Assembly: GCA_964187785.1 (NCBI GenBank) | Contig: OZ076418.1 | Coordinates: 25,482,001-25,546,000, forward strand | DNA: 64,000 nt | DNA from: Amphiscolops sp. MND2022 | Lineage: Eukaryota | Reading direction: 5' to 3' | Shown: positions 9,042 through 19,074 of the stretch, in pieces | How positions within the stretch are numbered: position 1 is the stretch's first letter | Layout: the number at the start of each line of letters is the position of its first letter | The notes under the pieces: model-generated | What the model was told of the DNA's origin: nothing | What the model saw: only the letters and a program-made list of their open reading frames with translations | Database searches by the model: none | Program-made: the position numbers and the translations under genes

Positions 9042-12000
9042 TCAGTTTTGTTTACTCTTGGAAGGCTTCTTCAACCTATGGACCACGTCAGGATCCTCCT
9101 CGCCTTTTTTCTTTCCCTTCTTCGGTTTCGTTGATGTACTGACTCCGCTACTTCCGGACGTATAACCGCTCTTCTTTGGTTTAGAGGCACTGGGAACAGG
9201 TTGTCTCGACTCATCAGCCTTCTTACTTTTAGTAGCAGAACTCAGAACACAACTTGACTCACTAACGACTGAACCTTGCCTGGAACGCGACTCACGGTTA
9301 ACTTTGTTAAGGCCAATGTAGTGACTCTCGAAAGACTTACGGCGCTCCAACAGAAACTCCCGATAACGCGATCTGTACACATCGAGCAAATCATCTAGCC
9401 CCACATCGGACAATCCATTCCACAAATTAAAACCAGGGGATACATAAAATAACCCTGCACTATCAACTGCTTCACGAACGGCATCCAACGTACTGTCCAC
9501 AAAAAATGACTTGTGCGAATAACCCCAACTCAGAATAAACGACTGTACCAATAACAAGCAGTCCTGGAACGTCCCCGCATCAAAAGCACAGCCACTCAGA
9601 TCCATAATGACAGTAGGAGGAACACTCTCTGGCATTCCGACAATCAAGCAACAAAGCTTAAAAACACGAAACAGATGAACCCGGGCTTGAAAACTGAAGT
9701 CTCGCACCAGATAGCGAACGACGTCCGGAGTAGCACTAGCAGAAAAGCTACCGCTCGCGTGATGCCTCCGTTTCTCCACAATATAGCTGTGATACTCCTC
9801 AACAGCAGCATCCATCTCATCATCATTCAAAGCACCACAGGATTTTAACAATTCACACAAGGAGAAAAACAAGCTGAATATACTACTGTCATCGCCCTCC
9901 AGCATGATCTCAGGACAGAAACTGTACAGTCCCTGACACAATTGAGACGTCACGGTTACGTTCCGAAGCAGCACAACAACAAGTTGATCCAAGAAAATGC
10001 GACACTTTACCCGGAATTCCCGGATCTCGCTCGTTTTCCCGGCAGCAAGTTCTTTTCCGTACGGGTAATTCACTAGGAAATCTTCAATTGGCAACGATCG
10101 AAAGGATTCCAACTTTGAAACATCCATGTAAGCTTCCCACTCATGAATACCCGGCAGATCTGCGTCAACACGAGTCTTCAGCAACAGACAATAAATGAAA
10201 TTGCAAATTTCACCGTAACTGTGAAACACGTAGTCAGGACGGGCTTGCTGCAACTTTTCGAAGTTAACGTTAACTGAAACAACACACACGTTAACAAAAG
10301 TACTATAAAATACGACACACAGCCGGAACGACAATCGAAGGACAGTCAGTCAACCCAATATACAAGCAAAAACAGTCTAGAAACAACTGACAGAAGAACC
10401 AAACCATACTCACACAAATTCAGCACCAAGCGAAGCAACCCGAAACGCAGTACCAACAGGTTATCCGAAATCAACTCGAAATCGGTACCTCGCACCTAAA
10501 ACATAGGAAAAATAGAATACAAGACATATCCCTAACCAGTGGCAAAACAATGTCAACATACCAAATACCCGAAAAGAAAAAAAAAAAAAAAACACTCACC
10601 CTATCAACGACCTCTTTGAGATGAGGATGTCCGGTGTAACGAATATAAGGCCTGAAAGTAGGCCACAGCTCAATCAGATCTGTCAACACGGTCCGGAGAT
10701 CTGCAAAGGGGACGGCGCCAGCTCGGATACACCTCCTCAGACAGGGCTTATCCTCCAACCAGTCCTCATAAATAACGCTCCTCAGACGTAAGACCACATG
10801 CTCAACTGCAGTTACGACCTCCAACATGCCGAACACGTCCTGATGAGCTTGCCGAAAACTCTGTAATAACACCTCTTCAGTGAAACGCTGCACGACCAGG
10901 AAACGTCGCCCATCATCGCGGTGGTCACTCAGCACCCGGAGCAAAGTCGGGCTCCCGCCCACAATTGACAGAGGCAATTGCTTAGTGCCCAGACTGCACA
11001 TAATCCGCGCCAAAGGTACTAGCTCCGCGTCAGGCACAGGGAGTTCCAAAGATTGACTGGCCACACAAACTTTCTTCAAAAAGTCTCCCTCCCAACACAG
11101 CACATAGCAGCGTTCCTCACTCAAGGTCTTCTCGAACTGCACAGCATACTCCTTGAAGGTCACAATATTTTTCAGCACCTGGCGCAGAACCCTCGGAGCA
11201 AGGCCCTGACACAAGAACGACTAAAACAAAACAAAAGGATTAAACGGGCCCCCAGCGAATCCCTAACACCAACAACAGAACAAAGAAGACGGTACACCAA
11301 ACAATTATTCAACTAACCACGGTCTCTGACCGGCTCCAACGTATTGAATAATTTAACCGCTCTGCATCCACTGACGAACAGAAGTGGCCCCACAAGCGTC
11401 GTAACGTCGTGTAATCGCCTCCACTTTGCAGTAGTTCGCAGAAACTAGACACAAGCGTCATGAAGGGTACCCGGGAAGAAACAGTGGCGTGCTTTGGAAC
11501 AAGATCCTCCGGAAAAGGATACCCCTCCGCTAGATCCACGAAGGCCCGAGACTTGTAATCGGCGATCTGATTGTCAGTCAACACCATGGGTTCCATCAAT
11601 CGATTTAATACCGGAAGCCCCATATGCACACGATAAGTGACATCTTTGTACCAATGACGGTCACTCCCAAAGTGTCGAGCGAACTCGCCAGCTCCCTGCG
11701 CTTTCATGCCGACGTCACGCTGACACACCCGACAGAAAAAGAACTTCCCAGAGCCGCACTTCGGACCCGAGACGAAGACTTTGTAAGCAGGATTTAACTC
11801 CAACATATCCCGGCGCAAAGCATTTCGGCTACTGTATTTCTTTGTTTTCTTTGTAGTCCCAAGATGCTCTTCTACACGAGTAACTAGATCATTGAATCCT
11901 GCAACAGAACACCCACACTAAAACTCCCAAAAGAAAATAAAACCTAACGGACGTGACCTGTAAATAGAACACAACCCACGACACAATATCTCAATAAACA

Positions 12001-13068
12001 TACTAACCACTCTGAATTGTCTGCGTAGTCCGTCCGCCAACCTCCTCCACAAGTTGCTGACCCAACAGAGCCACGTCATGAGGACTCAACGCAATCGCCC
12101 CGGTACTGTAAGGCTCTTCTTCATCGGGGCCTACAACATCACACACTACTCAACCGTCAGACTAACAAATCACTTATCACCTCTTTACTCTCCCAAAACA
12201 CAGCCAATTACCCAACTAACTAGGAATACAACAAAACTACTAACTAATCCAAACTGAAGTAGCAGCTTTCAATGGGGGAGGAGGTGGGAAAAGCTCCACA
12301 GATTTCTTGGCCCGCTTGGTTGGCGTCGCATCTTTGAAAGAAAGCTTTCGAGCAACACCTGAACTCGAAACACCTACAGCACAGAATAACCTTAGCACTA
12401 TAGACACTCTATAGAGGAGACAACGAAAAAAAAAAAAAAAAAAAAGAAGTAGCAACAAACCTTCTTTCTCCTGGGGGGGGGCATCGGCCTCACCTCCGTG
12501 AGACTCTCCACCACTATCACCTGCACATCCCGACTCCGCGACAGCATCGGAAAGGCCAACTGTGATCAACTCATTAGCCACACTTTGGGGCACTGCAGCT
12601 GAGGTACTAGATATCAGGGGAGTAGAAGGACTTGGATCAGAATCATTCGGAAGGACTGCGGCCAACATCTCGTTAATAGTAGCCAGCGTAGGACTCAAAG
12701 GCGCAGTAGAAAGAACTGAAGAAACTGGCGGCAACACGTTTGACGATCCAGAAGTTGTTTTCTTGCTCCCAGTAGAAGAGTCTAACGTCACGACTCCGGG
12801 AGTGGCAGAAGAAGAAGCAGGTTGAGTTACTGAAAATCAAGATCTGGTTTGACGCGTCAGAGTTACGGGTAAGACTACAAAAGGCTGATCACCAAAAAGA
12901 ATAGTCCAATTACCCATGAAAGTCAGAAAGATTTTACCAACCTGAAACAGGGAACAGATTCTCTCCCTCAGAAGCAACAACGTCCTTATCGGAGTAACAA
13001 TAGTTCGTCTCGTAACCACTCTGGAAACCTGAGGCCTGAGGATCAAGAGAATTGACTTCTTTCTCCAT
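9042..13068 (-). CDS. Spliced antisense cargo gene, about 1082 aa: low-complexity N-terminus, C2H2/BED-like zinc finger, hAT-transposase-like fold. Exons 13068-12942, 12829-12461, 12373-12245, 12130-12008, 11898-11318, 11205-10600, 10495-10414, 10273-9042
   Basis: Seven GT-AG introns (112, 87, 114, 109, 112, 104, 140 nt; donors GTTGGT, GTTTGT, GTTAGT x3, GTGAGT x2) are all phase-compatible. Joined CDS is 3249 nt with no internal stop. Motifs CRVC-x16-H-x5-H, LTDLIELWPTFRPYI and LRLVLNLFNVNFEKLQ resemble hAT transposases. The 5' exons and start codon are less certain than the 3' exons. Confidence 0.8.
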
Positions 13069-13399
13069 GTTGGAAGAACAGAGAAGCAGTTTAACAGCAA
13101 TCTGAAAAAGAAAAGACAACCTTCACTACCCTGCTACAACAAAAGAAAAGAAACACCAACTCTGATAGGGACTAAAAGCTTAAAGGAAAAGCCGGAAAAT
13201 ACCCGAAGAATGAAAACAACAAAATCTTCAACCCCGAGGATACATCGGAAAAGATATTAAGAAGAACACTAAAGATCGAAGAAAGAAAATGCATAATCCT
13301 TTTCCCCTCGCATTTAAGCAAGATATGATATTGACGGAAGTATATCGCTTCCAAAAGGAAAAAGAAATCAAAGATTAAATTTGACCTTCTAAATGTCCT

Positions 13400-13688
13400 A
13401 AAAAGAAAAAATCATTTTCCTAATTAATGACGTCACACGGATTGCTCTCGGAAAAGAATTCACGACGTCATGATAAAGTTCAAAATCAGAAACTTTATTT
13501 ATATCGGTTCAGCCAATCACAGCGCAGTCGGAAACGAAACGTTCCCGAAGATAAAGTGAACCGGAATAAATCGGAAAATAACAGCCAATAGGAATGCAGG
13601 AAAATTACGAATGAAAAGGAAGTTGACCTTTTCATTTGCCGCATCGCAAACGTGAAGTTAAGTCAGCTGAAATCTTCAAAATTCAAAA
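13400..13688. promoter_or_regulatory. Putative internal bidirectional promoter
   Basis: Lies between divergent ORFs (antisense cargo and the 13689 sense ORF). TGACGTCA at 13428-13435, GACGTCA at 13464-13470, CCAAT at 13513 and 13585. Confidence 0.5.
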
Positions 13689-14390
13689 ATGAGCAACATG
13701 ATCATCGACATTTCGTCAGATGAAGAAAGCACCCCCCTACAGCAGAGTACTCCCATCAAATTCTACCCGCTCAACGTGATACAAGCCCTCAATCTGAGCG
13801 GAGAGTCTACAGTAGCTAAAATGGGGAGTGAAACGAGCATGGAAATGACAGCCTCAACTTTCGAATCCGGCCCATCCCCGTATAAGAAAATTACGTTTTC
13901 GACCTCACCAGTCAGTGAGGGAGAAGAGTTCAGAGTAGAAGGGCAAAATATTAACACAACCGATGAGAGCTACTTCGAAGAACCGGACACCCCCCGTCAA
14001 CTGCCTCCACTACAGCCTGCTCCAGTCTTACAGGATATAACCAACGGAGAACTTTCGCTCAACGAGCCGCCTACAAAAATTAATCGGCTTGATGATCTGA
14101 CGGAGCCTACCATAGAAGATATAGAGAACGTCTATGGAATCGACTTGCAGAGCAGCTCAGAGTTCAACGCACTATGCGGACGTGGGGCCCGTTTCACTTC
14201 TACGTTGCTGACAAGGACTCGCAAGCAGCCTGTGCTCATCACAAGGGAGATTCCGCACTGCCCCCGGCCCGTGTCTTCAGGCTATAGAGGCGCCCTGTCA
14301 CGACCCGCTCCCGGTCGGGATTTTTCTTGCTGCGGAGGAATCCCAAAATTCGCAAGAGGGAGAGGACACGGAAGAATTACGCAGTGTTAA
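13689..14390 (+). CDS. Additional sense ORF (233 aa, acidic, Ser/Thr/Pro-rich, unknown function) reading into the 3' LTR
   Basis: Long ATG-initiated ORF downstream of a promoter-like region. Crosses the PPT/LTR junction at 14296. No recognisable domain. Confidence 0.55.
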   Translation: MSNMIIDISSDEESTPLQQSTPIKFYPLNVIQALNLSGESTVAKMGSETSMEMTASTFESGPSPYKKITFSTSPVSEGEEFRVEGQNINTTDESYFEEPDTPRQLPPLQPAPVLQDITNGELSLNEPPTKINRLDDLTEPTIEDIENVYGIDLQSSSEFNALCGRGARFTSTLLTRTRKQPVLITREIPHCPRPVSSGYRGALSRPAPGRDFSCCGGIPKFARGRGHGRITQC

Positions 14391-16381
14391 GTAAACTTTA
14401 TACATTAACTCACCTTTGTCTAGACTGCAACACGAATTAAAATCCACGGAAGCGTTACGTGAAAGTATCCAAAATGATTTTAAGCAAAATAAGATTTCCG
14501 GTTTAATGTTTTCACATGTAAACATTTTTGTTACTTCCGGTTTCAACGGCTGAAAATTGCATGCCAATCTAAATATTAAGAAAGAAAAACACTCATAACG
14601 CTGGGATCATTTCTCTCCTTTCCACACTGAAATGAAAACACTAAAACAATATTTAATTCCGTAATCCCAACGGAACTCATACGATCTAAAATGAAAAGAA
14701 CATCAAAATAGTATAGCAGATTCAATTTGGAATCTGAAGTAGTTGTAAGAAAGCCTCTCAAATTACAGTCAAGTAACCTGAGCAAACTTTTACAACGTTA
14801 TGACAGCGTCGCTCAGATAAACAAGTAACAGGTATTTCTATTTTTACGGACCAATAGCGTCGCTGCTAAGACCGGTATATTTGCGCTCACGCTAGTACGA
14901 AACCACTCCGATGACGTCACTAAGAATGAATTTAAAGATGGCGAATTTACTCCGAGTTTGTTCCGCTAGCAGCTAAGAAAGCTACACTCAATCTCAATAC
15001 GTACGGAGCATTTACGGGGCGTTTACGGAGCAAATTGTAATAGATGAAGCTATACCTAATGTTAATACATGTAAAACAACCGTGGAAAATCCTAAGACTC
15101 AGAGAATATTCTAATACATCAAGACATTCCTGAGAACATGTAGAATCATACTAAAATATTCAAAACATTACAAGTTTTCACTTTTTCCATCCGGATTTGT
15201 CCCGTTTCGTGATCAATTAAAACATTCGTGTTGCAGATCAAGACAGAAGAAAATATGTGAAACAGGTGCTCTCCGTTGTTGAAACGGTATTTTATGTTTG
15301 TTGAAGTTTGTGGTGAATTATGTTTGTTATATTATTTAACCCAATCTACGCATGTAAATTACAGTTAGAATATTTAGCCCAATTGTTGCATGTAAATTAC
15401 AATCTAAAGTTGTGTTTTATTACGATAACTCAATCCCTGATATGTGCTAATTACTCCCCAGCATCATTTGTTCCTTTCCAAAATGTTTAACACTTTAGTC
15501 TAAAATTCATCCGCAATATTTCCGTAACCATTTTTGCTTGTCATACTTTTGTTGCGAACGGATGTTCTTCGCTAGACAGTGAGTGAATCATTGTTCACGT
15601 CAGCGTGCCTTTTGCGATAGAAATTCAAACTAGGCATTTATTTTGCCGCCTTTTCCGTGATGAAACCGGAAATGGGAGTGTTGAACAAAAATGATTTCAA
15701 CAAGTACTTCGTAAGGGAACCGTAACTAGGAATTTAAAATTGTGAACAATTAATTAAAGGGTTGAAATGATATGGATGATTAAGCATTTTTAGTGAACAA
15801 AACGGATTTTAGGGATTCCTAGGAATTTTTAGGTGAGGAACAAATGATGCTTGAAAGGTATATATAGCTAGAATCTTCATGTAAAATTTAATCAATCTTT
15901 TGTTCCACTGCTAATAACTCTGTTCCGTTATAACAACGAAAACTCAATTTCTTCGACGATTTTAAATATTTCCGAAGACCTTGTTCTTGAACTCTGAAAA
16001 TGACCACTAGAAGTCAAAAGAGAAAAGCAGCTGAAGAGCTTATTTCAACTGAAATAGAAACTCCTCTACCCGAAAACACTCCGAGTGTAAATCCTGTAGC
16101 TGGTACAAGCAAATCTCCTAAAGTCTCTGCAGATAACTTAGAGGAAATAAAATCATCACTAAGAAAGGAAATAATGTCTGATCTTAGTAAAATCTTAGCT
16201 GAGAACCAGAAGGAAATGCTAAGACTAATCGCCCCAACCGCTAAAAAACAACCTGCAATAAGAACAGCGGAAGAGTCTGATTCTGATCCCGAAAACATTC
16301 CGGAAAACGCAACTTCAACTCCGATCAGAAATAAAACTACTGCGACTGCTTCTAAAACTACCCCGATAAACAGTCGCAACA
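14296..16381 (+). repeat. 3' LTR of element 1 (carries a copy of the first 127 gag codons; ORF 16000-16389)
   Basis: Direct repeat of 536-2621, followed by TSD ACGAT. Confidence 0.97.
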
Positions 16382-16642
16382 ACGATTGACAACAAATGTT
16401 GCACACGAACTTGGCTGATTTGCGAGGTAATTTAGTTGAATCGTTAAATCAGTCCATGCAAAGTGCAAATCAACAAGGAGATACATCTTATTGAGGCTCT
16501 CATGAACCAACGTTATCCAATCCGATTCAAAGAAAAATAGGAGCGCAAATGTCCAAACGAGGAATAGATAGTATTTTGTGTGAAGCAATTTTTGCTTTCG
16601 CAGTGAGAAAAGCTGATATCCGCCCGCCTATAGCTATAGCTG

Positions 16643-16872
16643 ATATATGATTGAATAGATTTATTTTTAGAAACGAACCAGCTGATCTTTTCAAATTTCA
16701 TGTTTTCTGTGATGCTTCTGAAGTGGGTAACTGCAATTTCGCACTAGCTCAAGATTATAATCTTGAGCTAGTGCGAAATTGCAGTTACCCACTTCAGAAG
16801 CATCACAGAAAACATGAAATTTGAAAAGATCAGCTGGTTCGTTTCTAAAAATAAATCTATTCAATCATATAT
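16643..16872. repeat. Perfect spacer-less palindrome (115-bp arms)
   Basis: Centre AGATTA|TAATCT at 16757/16758. Arms are complementary out to 16643/16872. Confidence 0.93.
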
Positions 16873-17260
16873 GTTGTGAATTTTCTAGTTTTGATCTCCA
16901 TTACAGGTGAGAGTCAATAATATCAGATGGCAATTGTTTCATCCAATTGAATGTCTGCTTGCCAATCTTTTTCCATGATGTGCTTCAGCTTGAAAGGCCC
17001 AGACGAAAGCTACCGTAGTTGGTCAAATTTTTGCTCAGAACTTTTTTGTTGGAATAGTAAGTTCTAGTTGAAATCTGTAATAGTCTTTGAAATTAGCAGT
17101 TTAGCTGCCTTTCCGGCTTAATAAGACCTTAAGGTGATTCAACGTCTCAGAGTGTTAACACGATTATGAGTTACTGCCAACTGAAGCATGGAACAAATCA
17201 TTCCAAAGATATCCATTCAACTTAGAACATGGGTCCGAAACATTGATTTTGACCAAAACA
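16758..17260 (-). pseudogene. BEL/Pao retrotransposon RT-RNase H fragment
   Basis: One minus frame with two stops reads ..FNWMKQLPSDII..*WRSKLE..*LNRFIF..FHVFCDASEVG, matching the Pao pattern W(D)xxLP...LHxFCDAS. The far boundary is approximate. Confidence 0.7.
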
Positions 17261-17477
17261 ATCAATTATTCCAAGTAAAATCAATTAAATCGAAAAGTCA
17301 ATTGATTGCAATTTAATTGGTAAACAAACTTAACAGAGTTCGGGGGGTTCAATTAGAACCGCCGCCTACTTCCTTTGAAATTAGCTCTCAGAGCCTCACA
17401 ACGAGTCACTGCAATACTAATTTTTTAATCGAAGTTAATTAGTCTGTGGGAGAATTAATCCGTCATGTTTTTAACTC

Positions 17478-18280
17478 CCCGGATTTCCCGACCAGGCCGA
17501 TCATAATCTGGCCATATTATGGCACCATAGAAATCATACAAATTTCCTTACATATGATCTTGCCATGATCGGCCTGGAATTATATATGGTCCAGAGTATG
17601 ATCGGCCTGGAATCATATATGGTCCAGAGTATGGTCAGCCTGGCATCATAAGTTTTTGTCCCAAACGTGTGTTGACGTGACATGCAACCCAAACAAAAAT
17701 TTTCAAATATTGAGAACAGCCAGCTTTATAGGCAGAGGACAATGGAGCCACAATCGACCTTTTGTATCTGCGAACGATACATTGCAGGTCAGAACTTTGT
17801 TAAGCTCTAAGCGGAGTTAAAAACAAACCATAGTAACTCAATTAGTTCTCAGCCACTCCTTAGTTAATAACTAACTCTTTTGTTATAGCAGTACCCACTT
17901 TGCAGTATGATTTTCGATTACTTCGAAAAAAATTACCAATAATTCAGCAAAAGGTGCCCAAAATTGATGATTGCTTCCTTGTTTTCAATTTGGTGATTTT
18001 ATTGGACCTTTGGTTGAGGAAAATCTTTTAATTTCACCAGTGTATGCGTTAATTGACTACATTATCCTAATTTTCTTTTTATGGCTCAAGGCTGACAATA
18101 CTCTGGGCCATAAAGGTTTATGGTTCAAGGCTGATCATAGACTGGACCATGTACGTCCAGAGTATGGTCAGCCTGGAACCATAAACCTTTATGGTCCACA
18201 GTATGATCAGCCTGAAATCGTACTGTGAGTATGATGGCAGAGTATGATTGACCTATTTTTGTATGGGAGGGAAACCCGGG
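17478..18280. repeat. Putative non-autonomous TIR/foldback-like element with about 33-bp subrepeats
   Basis: 12-bp terminal inverted repeat (CCCGGATTTCCC / GGGAAACCCGGG, 1 mismatch). Tandem GGTCCAGAGTATG(A/G)TC(G/A)GCCTGG units at about 17560-17650 and an imperfect hairpin of the same units at about 18088-18212. Similar units occur at about 32430-32610. No clear TSD. Confidence 0.45.
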
Positions 18281-19074
18281 TCTTCTACAATGAATTGGAT
18301 GAATTTGTCAGATGCATGCGGTTTTGTTATATTCCATATAGGAATGGCAAAAACTTAAATCGAACGATTTTTTTTCATCTTTTAGATTTTTTAAATTTTC
18401 AACTTCAAAGTTTTCATGTCATTTTTGTCAAATTTTGGCAAAATTCGGGGATTGGATTATTGAAAAGGATCAACAAGGAAAAAACTGTCAAGTAGGCCTT
18501 GTGAAAAGTTAAATGCTTTTTTGTCACATGGATAATGTCTCGGATTGACACCGAAAAAGACAATTTTTCGAAAGTTTTTCAATTTTCACCATTTTTTATT
18601 CACTTTTTGTCGAACTTTTGTTATTCTTTGGAATTCGATTGTTAAAAGTGTTAAACAATGAAAGTTTTTGTTGTTTCAGAAGGCTTTTGTTAAGGTAGCA
18701 AAAAAATTTGTAATAGAAAATGCATCAAATTAATTCGAAATTGTCGAAAACCAAAACTTTCAATTTTTTGTCGTCTTTAATGCAATTTCTGTAAAGTTTC
18801 CGAGCGATTGCATGAGCTAGAAGTTACCAAACGTTCAAAATTGAAAAAACAAGCTATGTAGTACCTTTGTTAAAAATGACGCAGCAGCTTGCTTCAAAAA
18901 CACTTCAGAATGACTGCAAATGAGTAAAAAAAATTACCATCACGTTTTCATGCAACTCATGTGTACTTCCTGAATGGTTTTATTGTCAGAATAGTGAAAG
19001 CGTTCAACAACGGCTGAACTCAAAATCCAATAGGATTTTTTCGGAGATATTTGCAAACTTCGATTGGAAATTGG

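Larger units (their letters stand above)
536..16381 (+). mobile_element. Element 1: full-length Ty3/Gypsy LTR retrotransposon with antisense cargo gene
   Basis: Two 2086-bp direct repeats with TG...CA ends (536-2621, 14296-16381). 5-bp TSD ACGAT at 531-535 and 16382-16386. PBS, gag, and pol in PR-RT-RH-IN order. Confidence 0.97.

Noticed and set aside
10471-12791. Treating the track ORFs (247, 169, 183 aa) as separate genes
   Set aside because: Their poly-Phe and hydrophobic ends are translated T-rich introns. Splice sites join them into one frame.
13689-14390. Possible env gene in the usual env position
   Set aside because: No signal peptide, transmembrane helix or furin site; the protein is acidic and low-complexity.
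17560-17650. CRISPR-like short repeats
   Set aside because: Units are contiguous with no unique spacers, the context is eukaryotic, and there are no cas genes.
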